A DNA stretch of 64,000 nt from Octopus bimaculoides (GCF_001194135.2 NC_068999.1:6873102-6937101); one strand, 5' to 3'. Shown: positions 15,229 to 30,988, numbered from the stretch's first letter. Numbers and translations: made by a program. Notes: generated by a model not told the origin, from the letters alone.

Positions 15229-16768
15229 AAATACACATGTGTAATATGTACATTTGTGCATATGCTAGTGCTAACATGCTATCTTCAAGATAGCAATGTG
15301 TTCTAGGAGATGTTTCACTTTAATTAAATTTATTCATCTAAGTTATCCCCTTTGTAGAGTGGATTTCACTTATCATCTTAATTCAATTCATACATTTGCA
15401 GTGATTCAACTGCCAATATTCTGAGCAGAATTGGAGTTGCAAATTGGATTTATTATACATTATACCGGAAATCTGGAAGATTCTCCCACTTTTGAAACGG
15501 TGCTCTTGTGAAAGTTTTTCTGTACTTTCAATATACAAGCATGAATTAGACATGTCTTAATACACAAAAGTGTTTTAAAAATCATTTCCTGTGGATAAGA
15601 TGGGTTCCTTTAATTGGTTCAACTGATTTCATATTCAGTGTATTCTGTTATGTGATATCGTGTGATGTATAAAAAGGAAAAACATCAAAGTTACAGTGTC
15701 GGATAGACACCTCTTCTCTTCCAATAAATCACAGGAATATTGAAGTTTGGAGCTGACAGAATAATTAATACATTTCACAAAATACTTAGGTGACATTTCT
15801 CACAGCTCTTTACATTCTGAGTTCAAATCCTGCTCAGGAAAACTTTGACCCTATTGAGGTCAATAAAATTAAGTACCAAAGGTGTGGTTGTGTGGTAAGA
15901 AGCTTGCTTCCCAACCACATGGTTCTGAGTTCAGTCCCACTGCATGGTACCATTGGTAAGTATCAACACAACTTTCTCTCACTCTTTCTTCCTGCTTTTG
16001 TCGTATCTGTATTTCAAAGTCGCCAATAAGCTTAGAAATATTACAAATACCTTCCAAAATAATTATACTGACCCCAAACGCACACGTCAACAGCACAAGT
16101 TCACTGTGGAAACACATGGTTTGGGGTTCAGTCCTGGCATGCGGCACCTTGGATAAATGTCTTCTACTATAGCTCCAAGTCAACCAACACATTATGAGTA
16201 ATCTGGTAGATGGAAACTGTGTTGAAGCCCCATTGTATATATGATCCATGGCCCTATATGTGCCAACAGCCTGGTAGTTAAGGATCTCCTGGCATATAGG
16301 ACCACATTTCAATGGGCCATGTCCATGCTCCAAAAAAAAAAAAGTAGGATGTGATTTGAGAGATATTCTGGTTCCCGTTTCTAGCACATAAAAGTGCTTT
16401 TACTGATTCACCAATGGGTTTTGTGCATTTTGTGGGCACTCGCAGATTACAAAGGATGTATGGATATGTATGCTGTGTGTGGGACAGAGAGATGGAAGGA
16501 GGAAGGCGGGGGCTGTGTCGGTGGGGGTACAGAATATGAAGCAGCTGTATTGAGCAAGGGAGAGGGGTGTTCTAAAACTATAAGCATACAAAAAAATAAC
16601 AGCAACAGCGATAATAATAATAATAATAATAATAACAAAATAAAATAAAATAAAAGGATGGACTTCCAAATCAGGAAAACGACAATTGTTTTCTGACCAT
16701 TGTTTCTACAATTAGAACGCCGGCAACACGAAGTATATTTACATAACTACTTTGCAAACAGACAAAGC

Positions 16769-16853
<85 letters not shown>

Positions 16854-19800
16854 GAGAGAGAGAGACACTTAAAGACAACAGAGAGTAAACTCCACAACAC
16901 AACAAAACCAAACAATTAACTCCTTTAACTCCAACTTGCAACTACAAGCACAAATTAACACACACACACACACACAGACACACAATCTCAGTCCAGACTT
17001 TTAATATGTTAGTCAATATCCTCTTTCTCTGTGAGCTTCTACATGGTCACTAGAACCACAAGAAATAGCAGCCAAACCACTCTACCATGTTCTCCCACTT
17101 ATGCACCTGAAAAGGACCGTGTTGGATAATGTAGTCCCAGATACACTGTGCATATGAATATGGGGGGGAGGAGAGCATTTCTGTATGGAGAAGCATGGCT
17201 GTGAAGTAATTAAGAAGCTAGCGTTGCATGCATGTGGTTTTGGGTTGACCAATAATGCCTTACGGGTGAATTTGGTAGACGGAAACTGTGTGGAAGCCCA
17301 TCACATATTACATACATACAAGTCACATGGTTATGTGACTGACCAGACTATTGCTACCAGACTTGTTACACATCGCTGGTCACAATGCGCTTTGCATCGT
17401 TTTAGTTTTTGAATGATGCCATTGCAATGGCGAGGCAAACAGGTCAACATTCCCCCTGAGCGACCTGGAGCAATGTGAAATGAAGTGTTTTGCTCAGTCT
17501 GGGAATTGAACCCACGATCTAGTGATTGTGAGTGCAACAGCCTAACCACCAGTGACGTCACAACTGACGTCTACAGCTGAGCGACCTGGAGCAACATGAA
17601 ATAAAGTGTTTTCATCAAGAACACAACACACAGCCCGGTCTGGGTATCGAACTCACTACCTCATGATTGCAAGCTTAATGCTCTAACCACTCTAAGTGTT
17701 AGTGGGTGGGTGCCTTTTACATGTGACCAGCACCAGCCACAACTACAATTTCACTTGACTTGATAAGTCTTCTCAAGCACAGCAAATCCTCAAAGGGCTG
17801 GCCAGTTTAAATGCTAAAATGTCAATACTACAACCCCCATCTTGATAATGACAATTAATTTACTAGAACCTCCATTTTTTTCCGTCCCCCCACCCAAATT
17901 AATTGAAACAAAAGAAATGTGATGGATTCCATTGGAACTCGCAAGCAACTGCAAGAAGAGTGCACACAATATTTCTCTGCCTATAATAACCATGTCACCA
18001 AATCAACTCACTTTTGATGGATAACTGAACAGTATGAGATATATATTGTCTTAAAACCCGAACCAACACAAACAGATTAATAGATTCAAAGGTAGTTATT
18101 TATTCATTTTGCATATTTTTACATGCATACCCACCACATTCTTCTTATTACCCACCTCTCTCTCTCTATCCCTCATTTTCTCCCCCACCCTCTGTACAGA
18201 TAATATAGATTTTTTTGTTTTTTTTTTGTTTATTGTCTGCATTTCCATCCAGAAAGAATAGCAAAACGTCTGACAGACTTGATGGTCTATTTACCGAGAT
18301 GAAACAACAACCAGTTAAATATAAACTCAGCAAACATTTTAATTCATAAAAATCAGACATGGAACTGCTTTGAAGGTCTTGNNNNNNNNNNNNNNNNNNN
18401 NNNNNNNNNNNNNNNNNNNNNNNNNNNNNNNNNNNNNNNNNNNNNNNNNNNNNNNNNNNNNNNNNNNNNNNNNNNNNNNNNNNNNNNNNNNNNNNNNNNN
18501 NNNNNNNNNNNNNNNNNNNNNNNNNNNNNNNNNNNNNNNNNNNNNNNNNNNNNNNNNNNNNNNNNNNNNNNNNNNNNNNNNNNNNNNNNNNNNNNNNNNN
18601 NNNNNNNNNNNNNNNNNNNNNNNNNNNNNNNNNNNNNNNNNNNNNNNNNNNNNNNNNNNNNNNNNNNNNNNNNNNNNNNNNNNNNNNNNNNNNNNNNNNN
18701 NNNNNNNNNNNNNNNNNNNNNNNNNNNNNNNNNNNNNNNNNNNNNNNNNNNNNNNNNNNNNNNNNNNNNNNNNNNNNNNNNNNNNNNNNNNNNNNNNNNN
18801 NNNNNNNNNNNNNNNNNNNNNNNNNNNNNNNNNNNNNNNNNNNNNNNNNNNNNNNNNNNNNNNNNNNNNNNNNNNNNNNNNNNNNNNNNNNNNNNNNNNN
18901 NNNNNNNNNNNNNNNNNNNNNNNNNNNNNNNNNNNNNNNNNNNNNNNNNNNNNNNNNNNNNNNNNNNNNNNNNNNNNNNNNNNNNNNNNNNNNNTTATCT
19001 TATTTTACAGATTGATAATTTTAGCCACCAGATCTGAAAAAAAAATCTCAGTTCATTTCAAGAAAGCAATATAAAAATAAAACTCTACTGATTATAATTT
19101 GGAATTCAGGAAAAAGTACAAATTATGAATGATCTTTTGCATGTATGCAGGCGTGGCTGTGTGGTTAAAGTTCTGTTTCCAAATCGCATAGAACATGGTT
19201 TGGGGTTCAGTACCACTGCATGGCAGCTTGGGAGAATCTCTTCTCCTTCTGTCATTGTCTCTGTCAGGCCAACTGAAGCCCTGTGAGTGGATTTGGTAGA
19301 TGGAAACTGATAGAAGCCCGTCCGCAGGCATGGCTGTATGGTAAGAAGCTTGCTTTCCAACCACATGGTTCTGGGTTCAGTCCTACTGTGCGGCACCTTG
19401 GGCAAGTGTCTTCTATTATAGCTTCAGGCCAACCAAAACCTTGTGAGTGGATTTGGTAGATGGAAATTGAAAGAAGTCCTCTGTGTGTGTATGTTACTGT
19501 CTCCTGCTTTTGACTTTGCATGATGGTTATAAATGAACATCACCAACATGAGATCAGTGTCCTTCATTTCCAATCTTCCCCAAAAGCATGTCAGGCCACA
19601 AGGACATGTCGAACTTACTCAGAAATAGGAGAAGATTGGCAACAAGAAGAGCATCTGGCCATAGAAAAATTCAATGCCCCAGCACACACTACCAATGTGA
19701 CCAAATGCAAACTTGGGAAGCTGGAAGCACTGCATCACCTTACATCAGAGCCTAGATGTTGTGCCAATAAATTACCACCTTTTCTGAACCATGGCTCATT

Positions 19801-21258
19801 TCCTGCACATATGGAGGTTTAACAATGTGGATGGCATTGAAAATGGGCACAGGGAATTCTTCACCCGAAACCCAGCCAAATGGTATAAGTATGGTATTCA
19901 GCTTCTGGCACAATGATAGTAACTAGCAGACAATAGAATATGATAGGATATGTGTTGTTGTTGGCACTCCGTCGCTTACGACGTCGAGGGTTCCAGTTGA
20001 TCCGATCAACAGAACTGCCTGCTCGTGAAATTAACGTGCAAGTGGCTGAGCACTCCACAGACACGTGTACCCTTAACGTAGTTCTTGGGGATATTCAGTG
20101 TGACACAGTGTGACAAGGCTGACCCTTTGAAATACAGGTACAACAGAAACAGGAAGATAGAATGAGAGAAAGTTGTGGTGAAAGAGTACAGTAGNNNNNN
20201 NNNNNNNNNNNNNNNNNNNNNNNNNNNNNNNNNNNNNNNNNNNNNNNNNNNNNNNNNNNNNNNNNNNNNNNNNNNNNNNNNNNNNNNNNNNNNNNNNNNN
20301 NNNNNNNNNNNNNNNNNNNNNNNNNNNNNNNNNNNNNNNNNNNNNNNNNNNNNNNNNNNNNNNNNNNNNNNNNNNNNNNNNNNNNNNNNNNNNNNNNNNN
20401 NNNNNNNNNNNNNNNNNNNNNNNNNNNNNNNNNNNNNNNNNNNNNNNNNNNNNNNNNNNNNNNNNNNNNNNNNNNNNNNNNNNNNNNNNNNNNNNNNNNN
20501 NNNNNNNNNNNNNNNNNNNNNNNNNNNNNNNNNNNNNNNNNNNNNNNNNNNNNNNNNNNNNNNNNNNNNNNNNNNNNNNNNNNNNNNNNNNNNNNNNNNN
20601 NNNNNNNNNNNNNNNNNNNNNNNNNNNNNNNNNNNNNNNNNNNNNNNNNNNTATATATATATATATATATATATGTATATACACATACACACACACAAAT
20701 GATATATGATAGATATATCATATATCAAAATGAAATTTCTGCCTTAAGTGAGTCTTTATTAGCTCCACAATATATTAATTAGATAAAGAAATTAATGTAC
20801 AAATTGCATGGTGATTGCCAATCAATTGAATAAGACAAGAGCCAGGAAGTTAAGTATAAAGTTTCTGTTATTGACCAGTTCCACTTCATATAATAGCATC
20901 GGAAGGAAAGTAAGGAAAGTAGAGCAACGTCAGCTTTGTCACCAGCCTTAACAGAATCTGCTACTGCCAATAGATAATCCGATAATCCGCTCTGTGATGA
21001 ACCTACAGGAGTCTCATTTTCCTTCAATACCCTAGAGTAATGCATGGTTGTATACATTCTATCTCAATTAATAGTGGAGATTGATTCAGGTTTGTATGTT
21101 TAATCTCTGGCAGGGAAGACAAAGAATAGACTATAAATATAGTGTTGTATGGAGAGAGAGGTGGTAGAGACCGTGAGCGAGAGAGAGAGAGAGAGAGAGA
21201 GAGCAAAGGAGAATGGACAAGGGAAGGAGAGAGCTTGAGCAAGAAAGCGTTAATAAGA

Positions 21259-21299
<41 letters not shown>

Positions 21300-21368
21300 A
21301 GGGAGGGCTAGAGCAAGGAAGAAAGAATAAAAGAGGGACAAAGAACTTGAGCAAAAAAGAGAGAGAGT

Positions 21369-21432
<64 letters not shown>

Positions 21433-24278
21433 TTAAGCCAAGAAAAGAGTAAGGGAGAGAGTAGAAAAGAGAGACAAATGAATTAACATAACAAAATAAA
21501 AATGCAACAAAAAAAAAATAATAAAATCTTGAATCGTAGAGTTAGATAATCTTCAGTTATAAGATGAGATGAAGAGGAGACAAAATGATGGAAAGTAAAT
21601 TCTTTATTTTTCTGTTAAAACACCAAATCATTTTCACACAGATTGTTTGTTGACTTCTATGTCTGTCTTAACTCTAACTCCAACACTTAATACTTATACT
21701 TCCATTTGGGTAACTATAGCAGACTAATAAATGACATACAACTATTGATTCAGCTTAATGATTAAAAGCAAGCCATGCTTTTAAAACCTAGGCTGGAGAC
21801 AACTGAGCAGAGCTAACCAATGACAAAGCTGCTACTCGGTTGCTCATCCTGTTCGAAATGGTGAGTCAAAAAGGGAATCCTTACAAGATTGCTTGAATCA
21901 TAGCGTACCGTCTTCGGAAAGGAAAATATACACAGGTCAACTGTTGCTTCATACCAACCTTGAAAGAGGAGGGGGTGATTTTGGCATGATTATGATATTT
22001 AATGCATATGTCTTGCTTAATTTTGAAAATAATACTAAAATAACCGTCATTATTAACCCTTTAGCATTCAGATTACTCTATCAAATAGCATGCTTATTTA
22101 TTCACATTGTTGTAAGTTAACCATGTGTTATTTTGTAGCTTTGAGATTTTGATGGGGTGATTGTATATTTTTAGAATGACATTGTAGGGTAGGTGTGAGA
22201 GGCCAGATCTGGTGAGTTAGAACGTAAAACAAGTAGAATATTTTGGCCACTTATCATCATCATCATCGTTCAACGTCCGCTTTCTATGCTAGCATGGGTT
22301 GGACGGTTTGACTGAGGACTGGTGAACCAGATGGCTACACCAGGCTCCAATCTGATTTGGCAGAGTTTCTACAGCTGGATGCCCTTCCCAATGCCAACCA
22401 CTCTAAGAGTGTAGGCTGGTTTAAATGCTAATGGGTTAAAATGGTGCTGAAGGCAGCGAGTTGGCAGAACCGTTAGCACACTCGGAATGCTTAGTGACAT
22501 TTTCATCTATCTTTATGTTCTGAGTTCAAATTCCGCTCAGGTCAACTTTGCCTTTCATCCTTTCAGGGTTGACGAAATATGTACCAGTTAAGTACTGGGG
22601 TTGATGCAATCAACTAATCTCCTCCACACAAATTTCAGGTATATAGTAGAATAAATTATTAAGCTGGTGCTTGAAACATAAATTAGCAGGAAATTTTGAT
22701 GGTAGGTCTTAATTTAGATCACTTTTTGTCATTATATTGTTTCAATTAACTTTGAAAATAATGGAGGATTTAGTAAAATAACTGTCATTATTCCGTAAAA
22801 TAACTTTGTAGTTATCAACATGGTGTTTGGAACATTAACATAGAATTTTGATGGAAGGTTTTAATCGAGTACACTTTAAAACAAGACATTTGTATCATAA
22901 ATTCAGGGGCAGTCTCAGGAAGGTTAAGACAGTAGGGGGTGATTTCAGGAGTGATTTGGCTGCTATTTAAACCATGTTGAATGGCTATATACTTGTTGCT
23001 GTAGAGTTCCAAGCCAGCTCTGATCTACCAGACCTACAATCAAACAAGTTCCAAATATGACTATTCCATCTATTTTTCAGATATTGTGCATCAAGGACTA
23101 TCAAATACAATGTATTCTTTTTCTTTCAGGCAGTGAGAGATGTGAATTCGAGAAATTTTGCTGCTATCTCTAGCAAGTCGGGTGACCACATGAAGGTTCT
23201 CTTGTTGACAACTAGCTTAATAATAAAGGAGTGGGGGAAAAACCGTTGCTGGTTGAATGATACACCAGATATTTACAACACACATAACAAAACAAAATCA
23301 ATTATGTTGGCCTACTTAAATAAATCTAAATATTTGGTCACACAAAAAAAAAAAAATTAAATACACATTCCTCGTATTTCTGAACAGTAAATAGCTATAA
23401 TTATAGAATAAAAGATAATAATTTTGTATCCATTTCAAACCACCATTTAAATAAACTGACCACATCACTGAACATATGACGTCATCATCATCATCTGACG
23501 TCCCTTTCTTTTCAAACTGGCATGGATTGGATAGGAACTGACATGCCAGAGGGCTGTGCTGAGTTCCACATTTTGATATGGCAGGGTTTCTGCAGCTAGA
23601 TCACCTTCCTAATGTCAGCTATTTTACAGTGTGTACTGGGTGCCTTTTTTTTTTTCTTTTGTCTTGTGGCACCAACACTAGTAAGGTCGCCAAATACTTG
23701 TAAGCCAATATTCTGTGAAAACACGTCTGGCCATGGGGAAATATTACCTTGCTTGGAAACAGGTGAGGGTTGGCTACGGGAAAAGCATCTGACCATATAA
23801 ACTTTGTCCAACAAATGCAAGCATGGAAGTGGACATTGAAATAACGATGAGTTTGACAGAAACAAAAAAGGCGGCAGAAGATTAAATGTTCAAACTGTTT
23901 TGGGCCTTGACAACTTGACACTTTATCAACACTCGTTTGTTTCTCTTTCATGCTGGAGCAGCCAGCATCTTCTCTTCTTCCCCTATCATGCTTTAAACCT
24001 CTCAGTATAAAGTCAACTCTCAATAGTACACCTCCACCCAGTTGAAGGATCTTATCTTATGAGCTACTTAGTGATCTCACTAGTGCTGGTGCCACCAAAC
24101 AACAAAAAAAAAAAAAGCTCCCAGTATGTTCGGTAAAGTGGTTGGTGTTAGAAAAGGCATCCATCCACAGAAACCATGCCATCGTAAACATTGGAGCTCA
24201 ATTCAGTCCTCTGGCTTATCAGATCCTGTTGAACTGTCCCAACCCATGATAGCACAGAAGATGGATGTTAAATGATTA

Positions 24279-24331
<53 letters not shown>

Positions 24332-24439
24332 TTACACACGTGTGTGTACAATTACCAAACATGAAATTAACATACAATTACCACACACACAAACACATAT
24401 ATATATATATATATGAATATTTGTGTGTGTGTATGTGTG

Positions 24440-24477
<38 letters not shown>

Positions 24478-25486
24478 CTGTTATTGACAAGTACAATTAT
24501 CAAGTGTTAACATTTGAGACCAGGAAGTGTGACGTCTCACTGACAGTTTTACATTTTTCTCATAAATTTTGCCAAAAAAAAAAAAAAAAAAAGATAGACA
24601 GATAGAGGATGGGGAAAAGAACAAAATACTAAAGGAATGGAGGAATTAAATTTATTCCAGCAAATAACATTAAAATAACAAACAACTAGATGTCCAAAAC
24701 AAAATGAAAAAAAAGAACGAAAAGAAGAAGAAAAAAAACAATAAATCAAAAACAAAACCTAGTTTGGAGTAGAAAGAGAGGAAAAAAGTGGGGAGGTTTA
24801 ATTTTTTGTATTTAATGAGGATTTCCCCCCGTATGTTTATGTTTCATCTGCTGCAGCAAAATAATGTAAAATGTGGTGAAAGATTTACTTAATTTGAAGG
24901 CATAGAAGACACACGGGGTATATAAGGCACACCCTGATTTCAAGAGTGCATATTCAAGTACATTAAGGTATGTAATGTAGGCCTAACTTTCTGAGCTGGC
25001 TCAATCATTTGCACACCAAGCACAATGCTGAGCGGCATTTCGTCCGTCTTCAAGTTCTATGCTCAAATTCTACTGAAGTCAACTCTGCATTTCAACCTTT
25101 CAGGGTCAATAAAATACATACCAGTAGAGCACTGGGGTCGATGTAATCCGTCAAATGTAAATAATGTATTTTGGAAGGTTTGCAGATTTTGGCCTTTCGT
25201 TGGTTTCAAGGATAATCAATCATCACTTCTGGGTGAGTAAGACTTGCTAGTAAGTACCAGGCTTTTGTTAATTGCTTTAGGTGCTTATGTAGATGGTCAA
25301 AGGTGGAAGGGCTTTCATTATAGGTTGGCTTGACCATTGGCTAACCAAGAGTTGACCAACAACAATAACATAAGAAAAAAAAAACAACTGATTGGAATAT
25401 CTAGGATCCTAGGTTTGCAATTTGAAAGCTGATCTGAGACTAAATAACAAAAATACCAACATTAACAAAAAAAAAAAATGATAATG

Positions 25487-25519
<33 letters not shown>

Positions 25520-25868
25520 AAGATGAAGCTGGGCAAGTATTTTTTAGGGAAAAAAAAATGTCTTTTTAATCATTAAAAGAAGAGAAAAAAAACCTGAACC
25601 AAACTTGTTAAATATAATAACATCATGGCGCTAAAAATTCATAAATGGTGAGAGAATAAAGAGAATAGGAAACAAAAAGAAAAAAAAATATAAAGATTAA
25701 AAAAAAATTCAATGGTCTGTTATTTGGTTATTCATAATGATCCAACATGAAGTAAATCAATAGAATAACGATACGTATATACATATATATATATACATAT
25801 GTGTGTGTGTGTATATATGTATTCTGAGATTATTATCAGCCAAATACGACACTACAATCAGTACAATG

Positions 25869-25922
<54 letters not shown>

Positions 25923-26094
25923 ATTTAAGTAGGTGATGCATTGGTAGAAGCAAGCCAAAAACTTGCTCAGCTGCTATTCCAGGACGCAAATTGTTCTATC
26001 ACTCCCACTCATGTCTTGGCAACAGTAAACCTCACACATGGCTGGCTGCTCTTCGTGTCAACAACGGCAGCAACGTCTGTGAATGACTATACAT

Positions 26095-26136
<42 letters not shown>

Positions 26137-28656
26137 TTATATTTATTTAAAGTCTGTTTTTCCATGCTAGCATGGGTTGGAAGGGAGCATTTTTGAGACA
26201 GGTTTATTTTTATGGTTGGTGCTCATCCTGTCACCAACCTTTACCTATTTTACAAGGGATTTTAATCCATAGGTCTTCAAAAGTGCAGGGGGACCAATCA
26301 TGAAGTAATGTCAATACAGAACATCATCATCGTCACCATTTAATGTCCATTGTCCATGCTGGCATCGGTTGGATGGTTTGACCAGGGCTGGTAAGCTGAG
26401 GACCGAATGCCCAGTCAGGCATGCCAAATCACCAGCATCCAAACAGCCATGCCGAATCATCTCATTCCGGGTTCCAGATAACCCCTTTATACTTTTCACA
26501 CCACATATTTCCCTAAAGGATTTGATGAGCTCACTACGACTTGTAGAAAGTCCTGTTGTTTATATTTATGTTCAAACACCAGCTTGTATTCAAAATTAAC
26601 TGAAACAAAGGCAGTGTATTTTAATAGAAATCATCATCATCATTTAAAGCATGTTTTCCATGCTGGCATGGGTTGGACGGTTTGACAGGAACTGGCAAGG
26701 CCAAGGGCCACATGAGGTTCGTTCCATAGCCTGTTTTTGGCTTGGTTTCTATGCCTGGATGTCCTTCTTAAAGCCAATCACTTTACAGAGTGCACTGGGT
26801 GCTTTTCACGTAGCACCAGCACCAATGAATTTTATGTGGCACCATATCAGGCCCAAACATTCTAACCGTTTATGTTCAAACTGGCCAGATCCAGCATCTC
26901 ACACCTACTCCACAATATCATTTTAAAAATGAATAATCACATCATCAAAATTCTCAAGACCAAAAGTTAATACATGATTAATTGAAGACAATATTAATAA
27001 ACAAGCTCTACCTTTGACAGAATAATTTGAACGGTAAAGGGTTTAGGGCGACAATATTTTGGCAAGTGATAAAGTCATCTTGAAATGTAGAAGTGGACAA
27101 CATCTCTGCATCTGAATGTGTACATAAATCACTCTACACAAGAAAGTGTATATATATCTCTAACCACAAGAACATTGGCATTAGGAAGGGCATCCAGCTG
27201 TAGAAACTCTGCCAGATCAGATTGGAGCCTGGTGCAGCCATCTAGTTCGCTAGTCCTCAGTCAAATCGTCCAACCCATGCTAGCATGGAAAGCGGACATT
27301 AAACGATGATGAGGATGATGATATATATATTTATACATATAGATATGGATGTGTCCATGTACATATCTGTATACACATATATGTATATCTTTCTAAAAAA
27401 AAAAAATCACATAAGTATATCCCTCTACATATACTCCTTGTTTCCGTCTTTGACTGTGGCCATGCTGGAGCACCGCCTTTAGTTGAACAAATCGACCCCA
27501 GGACTTATTTTTGGTAAGCCTAGTACTTATTCTATTGGTTCTTTTGCCTAACTGCTAAATTATGGGGATGGAAACACAGACCCAAATACACATATATATA
27601 CAATGGGCTTCTTTCAGTTTCCATGTACCAAATCCACTCACAAGGCTTTGGTCAACCTGAGGTTATAGTAGAAGGCACTTGCCCAAGGTGCCATGCAGTG
27701 GGACTGAACCCAGAACCATGTGGTTGGGAAGCAAGCTTCTTACAACACAGCCACTCTTGCGCCTATGTATAACTCCCTAGACAGCGATGCATGTGTATCT
27801 CTCTACATACGTATATACTTCTACACATGAATGTACATGTATACCTGTATACACAAAAATGTGTACGTATATCTCTCTATACATAAATTCATACATATAT
27901 CTGTCTATATGAATGTGTATGTTTGTATATACATAAACACACACATAAAAATGCGTGCGTATACCTCTCCATACATGAATGAATATATATATATATATAT
28001 GATATATATATATATATATATATATATCGCTATACATAAATGTCTATATATATCTCTTTACACGTGTGTGTATGTGTACATGGATGCATGTGTATGTGTG
28101 TTTGTTTTCAATGTGACGAAGCTGTCTAAGTGCTGTTTCAATTTCAGGCCTCTGACATAACATAGCCAATTTATTTTACAGCCTTTCTTTTATTATTTTT
28201 TTTTCCTCACAGAAGAATCAATCGATGGCATGGACCAAACATAAAACAACACAGAAAGTCTTCGAAATAGATTCGGTTCCAAACATTAATCAACCCCCCC
28301 CCCAAAAAAAAATTGCGAAGATAAAATATAAAAATTAAAACCGAAATTACACACACACATATGGAGAAAGAGAGAAAGAAAGAGAGAGAGGGGGAAGGGG
28401 GACTCGAAGCCCCTATCAAATCTAGCTGCAGTTCGCAAGATAAAACTGAAGTGGGGTGGTGGTGGCGGCGGAGAGGGTTCAATTCCTTTGTTAGCGAAAC
28501 AAAAACTGCTCTCGAACACATATGCAGCCACGGTATTCTTTCGTGAACAGACAGTAACAACAAATGCAACAACAGCATTGCCAACACAAACACCAATTAC
28601 CAGCAATCAGCACATTTTTGCGGGCGACACACACAAAGTGCACATGCATATAGATG

Positions 28657-28692
<36 letters not shown>

Positions 28693-29068
28693 GATATGTA
28701 TTAGTGGTTATTTCTGTATGGTAGTAAAGTAAGGATGGTAACATTATATTATTATTATTATTATTCATAGCTGCATTTAGTTTGAAGATGTCGTAAAAAT
28801 AAGACGTGACTAATTCTTTTGTGAGTTTTTGTTTCAACCAACAACGGCGAAATAAAGACCAAGCTGGAGCACCGCTTCCACCGAGTGGCTCTGTTTATAG
28901 TTAGAGTTTGCAGAGCGAATTTTTGTTGTTTCTCTGGAGAACTAAATAAATACGTATATGCGTGTTTACACACACACACAAACACATCAGACACGCGCGT
29001 GCGTATGTACGTATGTATGTATGTTTTACGCAATACAAATGCCACAATTTTAGTGAGAGACGTAAACG

Positions 29069-29101
<33 letters not shown>

Positions 29102-29194
29102 CATACATATATGTATACCTAGAGCTAAAATTAACATTAAATACACACTATCACATGAAAGAGAGAGAGAGAGACGTGTGTGTATAGATAGGTA

Positions 29195-29249
<55 letters not shown>

Positions 29250-29307
29250 ACAGGTGTGTATGTATATACATGTATATATATATATATATATATATCGAGA
29301 GAGAGAG

Positions 29308-29364
<57 letters not shown>

Positions 29365-29365
29365 G

Positions 29366-29403
<38 letters not shown>

Positions 29404-29799
29404 GCAGTAGATATATGTATATATCTACAGCATATAAATATTTGCGTATATAGACATATCCGTATTTTTAAACGTATATCATAGACATACATGTGTGTAT
29501 GCCTTATATGCGCGCGCGCGCATCCAGTGTCTATACATGCAGACACAGTGCGGTGATGATAAAAACGGGGAGAGAGAGAGAAAGCGAGGGAGTCCATCCA
29601 TGCACGGCACAAATTTCCAGTGCGAAAAAAACAAACACTAATAACAACAACCACAACAACAGCACCTAAATAGAACTGACGCCCCCACACAGCAACATGG
29701 AATGCCAATTGGACAGTACAGAGATGGGTTATGTAAAAATAGAAAATTAAACATAAGCACCGCCACACAACACAGATTCGAAACTACGTTTTTAAGCGG

Positions 29800-29833
<34 letters not shown>

Positions 29834-30933
29834 TCTTTCATTCCTGAGTAAGCTTTTATTTATTATAATTAATATTAATAGACAAGGTTCGCGTCCAAAA
29901 GGGTTGACCCAGATTACAATTACACACACACACATATATATATATATTAGAGAGAGAGAGAGAGAGATGGAAGAAGACAAAACGAAGTGGTGCCATTCCA
30001 AAGAATATTAGACACGTAATTACGCAGCGTATATGTGTGTATGTATNNNNNNNNNNNNNNNNNNNNNNNNNNNNNNNNNNNNNNNNNNNNNNNNNNNNNN
30101 NNNNNNNNNNNNNNNNNNNNNNNNNNNNNNNNNNNNNNNNNNNNNNNNNNNNNNNNNNNNNNNNNNNNNNNNNNNNNNNNNNNNNNNNNNNNNNNNNNNN
30201 NNNNNNNNNNNNNNNNNNNNNNNNNNNNNNNNNNNNNNNNNNNNNNNNNNNNNNNNNNNNNNNNNNNNNNNNNNNNNNNNNNNNNNNNNNNNNNNNNNNN
30301 NNNNNNNNNNNNNNNNNNNNNNNNNNNNNNNNNNNNNNNNNNNNNNNNNNNNNNNNNNNNNNNNNNNNNNNNNNNNNNNNNNNNNNNNNNNNNNNNNNNN
30401 NNNNNNNNNNNNNNNNNNNNNNNNNNNNNNNNNNNNNNNNNNNNNNNNNNNNNNNNNNNNNNNNNNNNNNNNNNNNNNNNNNNNNNNNNNNNNNNNNNNN
30501 NNNNNNNNNNNNNNNNNNNNNNNNNNNNNNNNNNNNNNNNNNNNNNNNNNNNNNNNNNNNNNNNNNNNNNNNNNNNNNNNNNNNNNNNNNNNNNNNNNNN
30601 NNNNNNNNNNNNNNNNNNNNNNNNNNNNNNNNNNNNNNNNNNNNNNNNNNNNNNNNNNNNNNNNNNNNNNNNNNNNNNNNNNNNNNNNNNNNNNNNNNNN
30701 NNNNNNNNNNNNNNNNNNNNNNNNNNNNNNNNNNNNNNNNNNNNNNNNNNNNNNNNNNNNNNNNNNNNNNNTATATGTAGTATAGGACAAGCAGTAAGTC
30801 GTCATATTAGAACTCAGAGTTTCAAATACCGGAGCTAAGGCTACTAGGCATTTTCATCGGCTATTTAGACGATCTTAGCTCCGGTATTTGAAACTCTGAG
30901 TTCTATTATGACAAGTTACTGATTGTCCTAAAC

Positions 30934-30988
<55 letters not shown>

